This document shows, piece by piece, positions 34,062 to 43,188 of a stretch of DNA of 64,000 nt (positions are counted from its first letter, which is position 1; the number at the start of each line of letters is the position of its first letter). This stretch comes from an uncultured Oscillospiraceae bacterium. Lineage in GTDB: Bacteria > Bacillota > Clostridia > Oscillospirales > Oscillospiraceae. The translations under genes and the position numbers were made by a program. The notes under the pieces were generated by a model. The model was not told the origin of the DNA and did no database searches. It was given only the letters and a program-made list of their open reading frames with translations. The stretch is from NCBI GenBank assembly GCA_947584295.1, contig CANPWM010000002.1, positions 7,937-71,936 of the forward strand, given 5' to 3'.

Positions 34062-34604
34062 ATGACGACGATGAATTATGGTGAGATCAAAAACTGCGAC
34101 ATTGCCAACGGTCAGGGGGTGCGGGTGACGCTCTTTGTCTCCGGCTGTACCAACCACTGCCAGGGGTGCTTCCAGCCCCAGACCTGGGATTTTGACTTCG
34201 GCAGGCCCTTCACCCGGGAGGCGGAGGATCAGCTGATGGAGATGCTGGCCCCCGGCTACATCAACGGCCTGACGCTCCTGGGCGGCGAGCCTATGGAGCC
34301 GTCCAATCAGCGGGCGCTGCTGCCCTTTGTCCGCCGCGTCCGGGAAACCTACCCGGACAAGACCGTGTGGTGCTACTCCGGCTTCACCTTAGAGGAGCTT
34401 CGCACCGACGGCTCCCACCCCCGGTGCGAGGCGACGGACGAGCTGCTCTCCCTTATCGACGTCCTGGTGGACGGCAAGTTCGTCCTGGCCCAGAAGGACA
34501 TCTCCCTGCGCTTTCGCGGCTCCCGGAACCAGCGGATCATCGCCCTGCCCAAGACGCTGAAAACAGGCCGGATCTGCCTGTGGGACGACCATCTGGGCAA
34601 ATAA
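34062..34604 (+). CDS. nrdG: anaerobic ribonucleoside-triphosphate reductase activating protein
   Basis: DIANGQGVRVTLFVSGCTNHCQGCFQPQTW radical SAM cluster motif; 180 aa. Confidence 0.9.
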   Translation: MTTMNYGEIKNCDIANGQGVRVTLFVSGCTNHCQGCFQPQTWDFDFGRPFTREAEDQLMEMLAPGYINGLTLLGGEPMEPSNQRALLPFVRRVRETYPDKTVWCYSGFTLEELRTDGSHPRCEATDELLSLIDVLVDGKFVLAQKDISLRFRGSRNQRIIALPKTLKTGRICLWDDHLGK

Positions 34605-34629
34605 CGGCCCCCGCAGCAAACAATTTTCT

Positions 34630-35688
34630 TTAAACATGTCCCAATTCCCTTTTGTGTTCCCGGAGTATCTGAGCCATACCTGGGGTGTATATTTATCCAG
34701 CGGTGTGTAAAACATTTTCCCGCTATCATAATTGCTGACGGGTGATAATGCAAAATACACTGCCGCCTCAATTTAATGAAGTCGGGGTTACATGATAACT
34801 GGATCTACAAGGTACACAATATATGGTCGTCAGACTATGTATAGAAGTGCGCCCTTTAGTTCCAAAATGGTTTTTACAACGTCTCAACAAGCAAGAATTT
34901 ATCTGCCAGAACGGAAATGGGAAAAGGCCAGGATCCCCACGGGAAGGAAATAAGCACACCAGCATTCCAGCGCGATGACGCCGCCCACGCTTGTTCTCCC
35001 GTCAGCCATAGAACTGAACACACCCGTCATGGGCATGATAAAACAGCCAAAGAAGAAAATGCCGTGGATGATCATCAAGCGTCTCAACCATTGATCCACA
35101 CGATTGTGCCCACGTATGGTCAGCCCAAAAAAGAATGTCGACAGCGCCATCATGCCATAGCCCAGCAGGTCATAGCTGAACATCAGCCCGCCTCTGGAAT
35201 AATCCAGCAGCTTTACAGCCTGGTCTGTCATCGTGTCAAGCCGGACAGTTGTCGTCTGCGCGAAATACACCAGCAGGACAAATACGGCGTAGATGACGGC
35301 GAAGGCCATACCCGCTTTTGCCGCAACCTGATGCTCTGCATCGCTTTCACGGCTGAATCCCGCTGCCATCATCACATACCCGATGGCAAGCAGCATACAC
35401 ACAAAATAGCTTCCGAAGTCAAAAGGAATCAGCATGCAGATGGCAAACAGAAGAACTGAAAAGACGACGATCAAAGATCCTGCTTTCGCAATGCTGCGAT
35501 CCATCATGCTCCCTCCCTAAATCAGAAATTTGTCGAGCAGTCGCCCACGTCGATATTTAATATTATACTACCCAAATGTGAAGAAGTCTACCACTCATCA
35601 GGTGGAAGTGATGGGGTTTTATTCACGCTGATTGATAACAATTCGCGATTTTAGCTGGGAACACAAAGTCGAATTGGGACTTAAACAT
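34630..35688. mobile_element. mobile insertion cassette-like element (TIR + 8-bp TSD, single passenger gene, no transposase)
   Basis: Direct repeat TTAAACAT at 34630-34637 and 35681-35688. Imperfect inverted repeats GTCCCAATTCCCTTTTGTGTTCCC (34638-34661) and GGGAACACAAAGTCGAATTGGGAC (35657-35680) match 21/24. The interior is visibly AT-richer than its flanks. Confidence 0.75.
34899..35507 (-). CDS. hypothetical integral membrane protein (about 6 TM), passenger of the cassette
   Basis: 202 aa, hydrophobic throughout, GGGAGGGAG SD before the ATG. No motif recognised. Confidence 0.6.
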   Translation of the reverse strand: MMDRSIAKAGSLIVVFSVLLFAICMLIPFDFGSYFVCMLLAIGYVMMAAGFSRESDAEHQVAAKAGMAFAVIYAVFVLLVYFAQTTTVRLDTMTDQAVKLLDYSRGGLMFSYDLLGYGMMALSTFFFGLTIRGHNRVDQWLRRLMIIHGIFFFGCFIMPMTGVFSSMADGRTSVGGVIALECWCAYFLPVGILAFSHFRSGR

Positions 35689-35693
35689 AAGCG

Positions 35694-35727
35694 GCCCCCG
35701 TGACCTGCCGTCACGGGGGCGTTTTTA
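35694..35727 (+). terminator. intrinsic terminator (bidirectional context)
   Basis: GCCCCCGTGAC-ctgcc-GTCACGGGGGC followed by GTTTTTA. Lies immediately next to the cassette target site. Confidence 0.75.
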
Positions 35728-36531
35728 TTCATTTGTTTTCTCCGGGGGCGTCTCCTTGGGCTTCGCGGCCGAAAGCAGGCTCATCAGATCCAGGGCGGTA
35801 TACACCGCGTAAAGGGCCAGCGGCACCCGCATGGCCAGGGGCGCGGGATCCGCCGCGGCCACCGGCAGGAGGAACACCGCCACGGAGCTTAAAAGGAGCG
35901 TCCCCGTGATATTCCGCCGACCAAAGGCGTACCCGGCGCGGCTGAAGGCGCTGAAGCACCCGAAGGCCAGGGCCAGACAGCGGAAGCAGTAGTCCAGCAA
36001 AATCGGGTTCCCGGCGTTCTCCCGGTACCAGCCCACCATCCAGTAACAGCACAGCAGCGCCGGGGCGATGCTCCCGGGCCGCAGATACGGCGAGTCCTTG
36101 CGGGTGTAGGAGGTGCAGGCCATCACGGTCATTCCAAAGCCCGTCAGCCCCAGCAGGAGGACAAAGGGCCACCTGGCGCTGTTCTCCATGCCCATGATCG
36201 CCACGCCGCGCCGCATCAGCAGCAGGGCGCAGAACATGACCACAATGCCCATCAGGGCCTTGGCGGCAAAGTGGATATAGCCCTCCACGGGAATGGCCCG
36301 GCGGAAGCTTCCCCCCGCCTCATAGTCCCTGGCCGCCAGGCACATGGCCACGGCGATGGCCAGGGCCAGAAAGCCCAGCATATACAGCGCCACCGTAGCC
36401 GCCGCCCAGGGCCGGGGAAGGCCAGCGGGGTCGTAGGCCGTCTCCAGTTGAACGTGTCTCACAAAGGCCCCCAGGCCCCCCAACAGCAGCACCGCTATGG
36501 GGGCGAACCGTATTTTTCGCATATTCCGCAC
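35725..36531 (-). CDS. hypothetical integral membrane protein (7-8 TM)
   Basis: 268 aa with GC-rich codon usage like the host. No recognisable motif. Confidence 0.6.
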   Translation of the reverse strand: MRNMRKIRFAPIAVLLLGGLGAFVRHVQLETAYDPAGLPRPWAAATVALYMLGFLALAIAVAMCLAARDYEAGGSFRRAIPVEGYIHFAAKALMGIVVMFCALLLMRRGVAIMGMENSARWPFVLLLGLTGFGMTVMACTSYTRKDSPYLRPGSIAPALLCCYWMVGWYRENAGNPILLDYCFRCLALAFGCFSAFSRAGYAFGRRNITGTLLLSSVAVFLLPVAAADPAPLAMRVPLALYAVYTALDLMSLLSAAKPKETPPEKTNE

Positions 36532-36643
36532 CTGCTCTCAATAGTAATAAAAGCGGACGGACAAGCACCGTCTTATAGCTCCTGTCACCTTACCATTTTA
36601 CATCAGTCACACGCGTCAAGTCAAGCCAAATGGAGGTAATACC

Positions 36644-37663
36644 GTGAAAGTTATCGCCGTTATTTCCGTGATCCTGGTGCTTTTTGCCCTGATTTTCCCC
36701 ATCGCCGCCTGCTGGGACAGCGCCGGGCCGTCCGGCGGCCCCCAGCCCCCCGACGCCCCCGCCGGGGACGGCGGGGACTCCCTTTTCTACGTCCCCCCGG
36801 CAAAGCCCCAGGCCGTCCGGGACACCGAGACGCAGATAAAGCTCCTGGTGGACGGCCAGATCCGGCAGATCTCCGTCCATGACTACCTCACCGGGGCCGT
36901 GGCCGCGGAGATGCCCGTCTCCTTCGCGCCGGAGGCCCTGAAGGCCCAGGCCGTGGCGCTGAGGACGTATCTGGCCCGCAAGCTCCTGCACCCCTCCTCG
37001 GCCCACCCGGAGGCGGATATCTGCGCCGACTCCGGCTGCTGCGCCGCCTGGAGGGGCGAGGATCAGCTCCGGGAGAAGTGGGGCGATGACTTCGAGGCCA
37101 ACAGCGCCCGGATCGCCGCCGCCGTGGAGGACACCGACGGCATGATCCTCAGCTACGGCGGCGAGCCGATCCTGGCGGTGTTCCACTCCTCCTCCGCCGG
37201 GCGGACGGAGGACGCCCAGGCGGTGTGGCTCAGCGCCCTGCCCTATCTTGTCAGCGTGGAAAGCCCGGAAAGCGCCGAGACGGTGCCAGATTACGTGGTC
37301 TCCGCCGCCTTCACGCCGGAGGAATTTTGCGATACCGTCACCGCCGCCCACCCGGAGGCGTCCTTTTCCGATCAGCCGGAGACGTGGATCGCCGACCCCG
37401 TCCTGACCGCCTCGGGGCGGCTGGATCACGTGACGGTAGGCGGCGTCACCCTGACGGGCCGGGAGATCCGCTCCCTTTTCGGCCTGCGCAGTACCGCCGT
37501 CACCTTCGACGTCACGCCGGAGGCGGTGACCGTCACCTCCACCGGCTACGGCCACGGCGTGGGCATGAGCCAGTACGGCGCCCAGACCATGGCCCTGCGG
37601 GGCGACAGCTTCCAGGACATTCTGGCGGCCTACTACCCCGGCGCGGAGCTGGTCGCCCCCTGA
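36644..37663 (+). CDS. spoIID: stage II sporulation protein D (SpoIID/LytB lytic transglycosylase)
   Basis: GTG start with a GGAGGT SD and a signal anchor. YLTGAVAAEMP, EALKAQAVALRTY, SSSAGRTED, GYGHGVGMSQYGA motifs. Confidence 0.9.
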   Translation: MKVIAVISVILVLFALIFPIAACWDSAGPSGGPQPPDAPAGDGGDSLFYVPPAKPQAVRDTETQIKLLVDGQIRQISVHDYLTGAVAAEMPVSFAPEALKAQAVALRTYLARKLLHPSSAHPEADICADSGCCAAWRGEDQLREKWGDDFEANSARIAAAVEDTDGMILSYGGEPILAVFHSSSAGRTEDAQAVWLSALPYLVSVESPESAETVPDYVVSAAFTPEEFCDTVTAAHPEASFSDQPETWIADPVLTASGRLDHVTVGGVTLTGREIRSLFGLRSTAVTFDVTPEAVTVTSTGYGHGVGMSQYGAQTMALRGDSFQDILAAYYPGAELVAP

Positions 37664-37667
37664 GTGG

Positions 37668-38858
37668 TCAAAGCACCGCCGGACTTGTGGCCCACTCCGC
37701 ACCGCCCCGGCGCTCCGCGGGATTTTGAAAGGTCAGGGCGTAAATATCCCCCGCCCGGGCCTCCAGGGCAAAGACAGCCCCGGCGCTCTCCGGCAGGAGT
37801 TTGGCGGCGGCGGGCTTTGTGATCAGGGGCAGGTGCGTCCTGGCCTTGATCTCCCGCAGGGCCTCCCGGCCCCGCTCCCCCAGGGCCAGCACCCGCAGAT
37901 AGGGCGGCTCGCCCGTCTGCGCCTCCGCCGTGATCCCCAAAAGCGCCGCCAGAACCATGCGCCGCAGGCGGGCGTAGGCGTAACGCTTCGTCTTGACCCC
38001 GTCCAGCACCGCCTTGACCGTCGTCTCCGTGGCGGCGAAGCGGGCCAGCCGCGTCCACAAGCCCTCCCCCGCGTCCGGCAGGCGCTGATACGCCTCCGGC
38101 GTCATGGTGCGCAGGGTCAGCATCATCATGGCGTCCAGCCGCTCCGGGTCCGGCGTCCGGCCCGCCTCCAGCTCCCGCCGCAGAAGCTCTGCCGCCTCGG
38201 GGGGCATGAACCTGGCGTACTCCCCGCCCGAGGCGGCCAGGGCGCGGATATGGGAGGCCCCGGCCCAGTCCCCCCGGGATTCGCCGTCGTGTCCGGCGAA
38301 GGCCCTCTCCACCGGCAGGGCCGTCATGGCCGAACCCCGCCGCTCCATGGCCTTCAAATACTCCACCGCCAGAATGTTGTTGGGCTCTCTCAGCAGCAGG
38401 GCGTCCTCCCCCGCAAGCTTCGCCGCCGCCCGCTCCCGGGCCGCCGCGTAGGAGATCCCCGTGGCCAGTCCGGCGCGGACAAGCTCATCGCACTCCGGGG
38501 TCAGCAGGAGCCGCGCAAGGCCCCGCAGCCGCTGGGGATCGGGACACTCCGCCCCGAAGGAGATGCAGTCCGCCCCCAGGCCGTCCAACAGCGCCACGCC
38601 CCCGGCGGCGAACCGCTGGGCGGAGGCCACGGCCCAGGGGACAGGCAGCTCCAGCACCAGATCCGCCCCGCCCCCGGCGGCCATAGCGGCCCTGACGTGC
38701 TTGGACACCAGCGCCGGTTCCCCCCGCTGGACGAAATTCCCCCCCATGACGCACACCAGGGCGCAGTCCTCCCCGGAAAGCTCCCTGGCCTTTTTGAGCT
38801 GGAGGGCGTGGCCGGAGTGGAAGGGGTTATATTCGCAGATGACGCCGGTGATTTTCAT
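37668..38858 (-). CDS. tmcAL: tRNA(Met) cytidine acetate ligase TmcAL (YlbM/DUF795 nucleotidyltransferase)
   Basis: N-terminal GVICEYNPFHSGHALQL (HxGH-type); about 396 aa. Confidence 0.75.
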   Translation of the reverse strand: MKITGVICEYNPFHSGHALQLKKARELSGEDCALVCVMGGNFVQRGEPALVSKHVRAAMAAGGGADLVLELPVPWAVASAQRFAAGGVALLDGLGADCISFGAECPDPQRLRGLARLLLTPECDELVRAGLATGISYAAARERAAAKLAGEDALLLREPNNILAVEYLKAMERRGSAMTALPVERAFAGHDGESRGDWAGASHIRALAASGGEYARFMPPEAAELLRRELEAGRTPDPERLDAMMMLTLRTMTPEAYQRLPDAGEGLWTRLARFAATETTVKAVLDGVKTKRYAYARLRRMVLAALLGITAEAQTGEPPYLRVLALGERGREALREIKARTHLPLITKPAAAKLLPESAGAVFALEARAGDIYALTFQNPAERRGGAEWATSPAVL

Positions 38859-38964
38859 AAAATTTCCCTCAGAAATAAAAAAGTGTTGTCTAAATCGGAA
38901 AGATGTATTAAAATAGACTTAGTATAGCCCCGCGACAATAATTTTACAAGGGAGTATAAGTCAT

Positions 38965-40158
38965 ATGAAAATTCTTGTTATCAACGCAGGCTCCTCGTCC
39001 TTGAAGTATCAGCTCATGGACTCCGACTCCGGCCAGGTCTACGCCAAGGGCCTGTGCGAGCGCATCGGCATCGACGGGCGCCTCACCCACAAGGTACCGG
39101 GCCGTGACGACGTGAAGGACGACATTCCCATGCCCACCCATAACGAGGCCATCAAGGCCGTCATGGACGCGCTGGTTGACCCGGTGAAGGGCGTTATCAA
39201 GTCCACCGACGAGATCGACGCGGTGGGCCACCGTGTCGTCCACGGCGGCGCGGAGTTCGCCGCCAGCTGCGTCATCGACGACAACGTTATCGCCGCCATC
39301 GAGCGGTGCATTCCCTTCGGGCCGCTCCACAACCCCGCCAACCTCATGGGTATCCGGGCCTGCATGGAGGCCATGCCCGGCAAAAAGCAGGTGGCCGTCT
39401 TCGACACCGCCTTCCACCAGACCATGCCCCCCAAGGCGTACATCTACGCCCTGCCCTATGAGTACTACGAGAAGGACGGCGTGCGCCGCTACGGCTTCCA
39501 CGGCACCAGCCACAAGTACATCGCCGGTCAGGCCCTCCGGGCCCTGGGCAAAGAGGGCCACCCCGAGGGGACAAAGATCATCTCCTGCCACCTGGGCAAC
39601 GGCTCCTCCCTGGCCGCCATCGTGGACGGCAAGGTGGTGGACACCTCCATGGGCCTGGGGCCTCTTGCCGGGTTCCCCATGGGTACCCGCTCCGGCGACA
39701 TCGACCCCACCATCATGGAGTATCTCATGGGCCGCTACGGCTGGGACATCAAGGAGATGCTGAATGTCCTCAACAAGAAGTCCGGCGTCCTGGGTATCTC
39801 CGGCGTCAGCTCTGACTTCCGCGACCTGTCCGCCGCCGCCAAGGAGGGCAACCAGCGCGCCGCCCTGGCCCTGGACAAGTTCGCCTATGAGGTGAAGAAA
39901 TACATCGGCGCGTATGCCGCCGCCATGGGCGGCGTAGATGCCATCGTCTTTACCGCAGGCGTGGGCGAGAACGACGCGGATATGCGTATGCGCATCGCCT
40001 CCGGCCTTGAGTACATGGGCGTCAAGATCTGCCCCCACTGCAACGCCACCCGGGGCAAGGAGGAGATCTCCGCCGCCGATTCCAAGGTCAAGGTGTTCGT
40101 TATCCCCACCAACGAGGAGCTTATGATCGCCATGGACACCGCCGAGCTTTGCAAATGA
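38965..40158 (+). CDS. ackA: acetate kinase
   Basis: MKILVINAGSSSLKYQL, VGHRVVHGG, FDTAFHQTMP, GFHGTSH, EELMIA motifs. Confidence 0.95.
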   Translation: MKILVINAGSSSLKYQLMDSDSGQVYAKGLCERIGIDGRLTHKVPGRDDVKDDIPMPTHNEAIKAVMDALVDPVKGVIKSTDEIDAVGHRVVHGGAEFAASCVIDDNVIAAIERCIPFGPLHNPANLMGIRACMEAMPGKKQVAVFDTAFHQTMPPKAYIYALPYEYYEKDGVRRYGFHGTSHKYIAGQALRALGKEGHPEGTKIISCHLGNGSSLAAIVDGKVVDTSMGLGPLAGFPMGTRSGDIDPTIMEYLMGRYGWDIKEMLNVLNKKSGVLGISGVSSDFRDLSAAAKEGNQRAALALDKFAYEVKKYIGAYAAAMGGVDAIVFTAGVGENDADMRMRIASGLEYMGVKICPHCNATRGKEEISAADSKVKVFVIPTNEELMIAMDTAELCK

Positions 40159-40208
40159 TCGGGAAAAGGCCCTGGGCCATTCTCTCTCATTAAAACACGT
40201 TTTAAAAA

Positions 40209-40269
40209 GGGGCCGGAAGCTTCTCCGGCCCCTTTTTTCAGGCCGCCGGGTTCTCCGGCGGCCTTTTTT
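40209..40269 (+). terminator. two tandem intrinsic terminators (first is bidirectional) between ackA and the M16C gene
   Basis: AAAAA-GGGGCCGGA...TCCGGCCCC-TTTTTT and GGCCGCCGG-gttct-CCGGCGGCC-TTTTTT. Confidence 0.85.
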
Positions 40270-40293
40270 CCGGCGTGGGGAACGCCGGGGCCG

Positions 40294-43188
40294 TTACTGA
40301 ATGTTCTCCACCACGGCCAGCTTCTCCCCGCAGGCGTCCAGCACCGGCTGAGCGCCCACGACGCAGACGGAGGCGGTGTCGGACAGCTTGTCCAGGGTGT
40401 CGGCAAAGGCCAGCAGCTCCTCCGGCGTGGCGTGGAGTACCTGGGCGCGCAGGCGGCTCAGATCCGCCTGGCTCCGGCCCGTGAAGTGACGGTCGGCGTT
40501 GCGTCTCAGCTCCTGGCGCGGGGTGGTGATGGGTTCCATGCTCCCGATGGTGGAGATGATGAATTTATCCAGCTTCTCCCCGGAGGAGACGAAGTCCCGC
40601 AGGGCCTGGCCGCACTGAACGAAGGCGTCCAGGCTCCCGGCGCAGTGGGGGTCGCGGAAGCTGGAGAAGCCCACCACTCCCCCAAAGCCCACCTGCATAT
40701 TGGCGCCGTAAGCGCCGCCCTTGACGCGGACGTTGTTCCACAGGTGATCCAGAGTCAGGATATTGGAGGCCACCTCCATCGCGCCGGAGTACTCCGCCCC
40801 GGCGTCGGAGAGGCGCAGGGCGCGGCCGGCAAAGCCGATGGCGGCGGGAATGGCGAAGCCCTCGGCCCCGTGGCTGTCGGCGGTGTAAACGGCGGGCGCG
40901 CCCTTCTCCCCGTAGGGGAACATACCGATCACGTCCTGGAGCCACTTCTCCTCCGGCTGGCCGCTGACGGACAGGGTCAGGCGGGAGCGGACAAGGAGCT
41001 TTTTGCGCAGGGCGTCGAACCCGGCCAGAAGCGCGTCCCGGCGCTCCTCAAACTCCCTCTCCGTCCTCTGGAGGAACCGAAGCTGCCCGATGCCGCTCAT
41101 GGCGTCGTTCAGGGCCGCCGAGGGGAACAGCGCGGAGGCGGCCCTGGTGAGGGCCACGACGTTTCCGGCGTTCATGGCCCTCTGCTCCAGGGCGATGCGC
41201 CCCTGGCGGAGAATGTTATAAACGGCGGCGGGGTCGTTGAAATCGGTGGTGAACAGGATCTCCCGGACAAGCCGGAGTGCCTCCTCCTTCCGCTCAGGCA
41301 GCATTGCCAGGGAGACGGTGAACACCGGCGTCGCCTTGCCCTCCCGGCTGGGATATACCGAGCTTTCCACGGTAAAGCGCCCGATCTTCTCCCGGATCAG
41401 GGTGGCCGTCTCCAGGGCGGAGTGCTTCTCCGTGGCAAGATTGCCAAAGAGGGCGCAGATGGCCGGGAGCCGCGTCAGCTCCGCCGGGGTCAGGTCGTCG
41501 GCGGTGAAGTGCATATCCAGATAGACGATACCGCCCGTCTCCACGTCGGTGCGCAGAAGGGGTACGCCCTTGAATTCCCCTTTGGAATAGGGCTTTTCCG
41601 GCGCCGTCTCGGGGATATCCGACAGGGCCAGCATGGGCAGGCTGGCCAGGGCCTCCGGGCTGTCGCTCTGGGACTGGTGGCGGCGAAGCTGGCCGAATTC
41701 CTGAATGACCGTCTCCGTCTGCTCCTGTGTCCAGCTCTTTTTGACGGCCTCCAACTGGGCCTTGTTCCGGGCCTCCCGCTCCTGGCCCACCGTGTTGGAG
41801 GGCAGCAGCACCACCCTGGCGGTGTGGGGATTGGCAAGGAACACCTCCTCCAGCAGCTTTTCAAACCAGCCCTCGTCGATCTTACGCCGCAGGGAGGCGT
41901 ACACCTGCCCGGTGCAGAGGTTCTGGGCCGGGTCGCCGCCGTAGAGCCAGGATTCCAGGCTCGCCATGGCGAAAATAAGGCCCCTGGGCATACGCCCGAA
42001 GTCCTTCTCGCGGTTGGCGAACTCCACCTGGTTCAAAATGGCGTTCAGCTCCTTGTGGTCAAGGCCCCCGGCCTGCTGGCGCAGTACCTCATAGACCGTC
42101 TCCACAAGCTGATCCTTCTTGGCAAGGCTGGTGTTCCTGGCGGCCAGGAACAGGAAGTTCTGCTGGATCCCGTCATAGGCGTGGATCTCCACGTCCTGGG
42201 CCAGCCCCTTCTCCAGCAGGGCTTTTTTCAGGGGCGACTCGTTGGTGCCGCACAGCACCCGCGCCAGCACCGAGCAGGCGGCGGCCCGCTCCGGCTCGTC
42301 GAACCGGCCGGTGACCCAGCCCTCGCCCACCAGCACCTTGTCCGTGCCGTCCTCGCCGGGGCCGATCTCATAGGCCGCGGTGATCTCGCCGGGGTGTACG
42401 GGCTTCTGCAGGGGGATATCCGCGTCCACCTGGATGCGGTCGTAGGCGGACAGGTAGGAGTCCAGCTTTGCCAGCACCGCGTCGATGTCCATCTCGCCGT
42501 CCAGGAAGATATAGGCGTTGGAGGGGCTGTAATAGCGGCGGTGGTTCTCCAGGTACTTCTCATAGGTCAGCTCCGGGATATGCTCCGGGTGGCCGCCGGA
42601 CTCAAAGCCGTAGCAGTTGTCCGGGAACAGGGCGCGGCCCAGCTCATAGGACAGCACCTCGTCCGGGTCGCCGAACGCGCCCTTCATCTCGTTGTAGACC
42701 ACGCCGTTGCGGGTAAGCTCCCCCTCCGGGCTTTCCAGCTCGTAGTGCCAGCCCTCCTGTAAAAAGGCCATGGGCTTCTCCACGGACAGGGGGTGCAGCA
42801 CCGCGTCCATATACACGTCGATCAGATTCAAAAAGTCCTGGTCGTTCCGGCTGGACAGGGGATAGATGGTCTTGTCCGGGAAGGTCATGGCGTTGAGGAA
42901 GGTCTGGAGGGAGCTTTTGATCAGCTCCACAAAGGGTTCCCGCACGGGATACTTATGGCTGCCGCACAGCACGGAATGTTCCAGGATATGGAATACGCCC
43001 GTGTCGTCGGAGGGAATGGTCTTGAAGCCGATGGAGAAGGTCTTGTTGTCGTCGGGCCGCTCCAGCCACACAAGGTCGGCCCCGTTCTTCACATACTCCA
43101 TGCGGTGCAAGGTGGCTTTCAGCTCGGGAAGCTCCTGGGAGTACCGGGCCTCAAAGCCGTGCAGTTTCGTGCCTTTTTCAAGATTCAT
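40294..43188 (-). CDS. M16C family metalloprotease (PreP/presequence-protease-like)
   Basis: 964 aa. HILEHSVLCGS (HxxEH) near the N-terminus; size and layout match pitrilysin subfamily C. Confidence 0.85.
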   Translation of the reverse strand: MNLEKGTKLHGFEARYSQELPELKATLHRMEYVKNGADLVWLERPDDNKTFSIGFKTIPSDDTGVFHILEHSVLCGSHKYPVREPFVELIKSSLQTFLNAMTFPDKTIYPLSSRNDQDFLNLIDVYMDAVLHPLSVEKPMAFLQEGWHYELESPEGELTRNGVVYNEMKGAFGDPDEVLSYELGRALFPDNCYGFESGGHPEHIPELTYEKYLENHRRYYSPSNAYIFLDGEMDIDAVLAKLDSYLSAYDRIQVDADIPLQKPVHPGEITAAYEIGPGEDGTDKVLVGEGWVTGRFDEPERAAACSVLARVLCGTNESPLKKALLEKGLAQDVEIHAYDGIQQNFLFLAARNTSLAKKDQLVETVYEVLRQQAGGLDHKELNAILNQVEFANREKDFGRMPRGLIFAMASLESWLYGGDPAQNLCTGQVYASLRRKIDEGWFEKLLEEVFLANPHTARVVLLPSNTVGQEREARNKAQLEAVKKSWTQEQTETVIQEFGQLRRHQSQSDSPEALASLPMLALSDIPETAPEKPYSKGEFKGVPLLRTDVETGGIVYLDMHFTADDLTPAELTRLPAICALFGNLATEKHSALETATLIREKIGRFTVESSVYPSREGKATPVFTVSLAMLPERKEEALRLVREILFTTDFNDPAAVYNILRQGRIALEQRAMNAGNVVALTRAASALFPSAALNDAMSGIGQLRFLQRTEREFEERRDALLAGFDALRKKLLVRSRLTLSVSGQPEEKWLQDVIGMFPYGEKGAPAVYTADSHGAEGFAIPAAIGFAGRALRLSDAGAEYSGAMEVASNILTLDHLWNNVRVKGGAYGANMQVGFGGVVGFSSFRDPHCAGSLDAFVQCGQALRDFVSSGEKLDKFIISTIGSMEPITTPRQELRRNADRHFTGRSQADLSRLRAQVLHATPEELLAFADTLDKLSDTASVCVVGAQPVLDACGEKLAVVENIQ

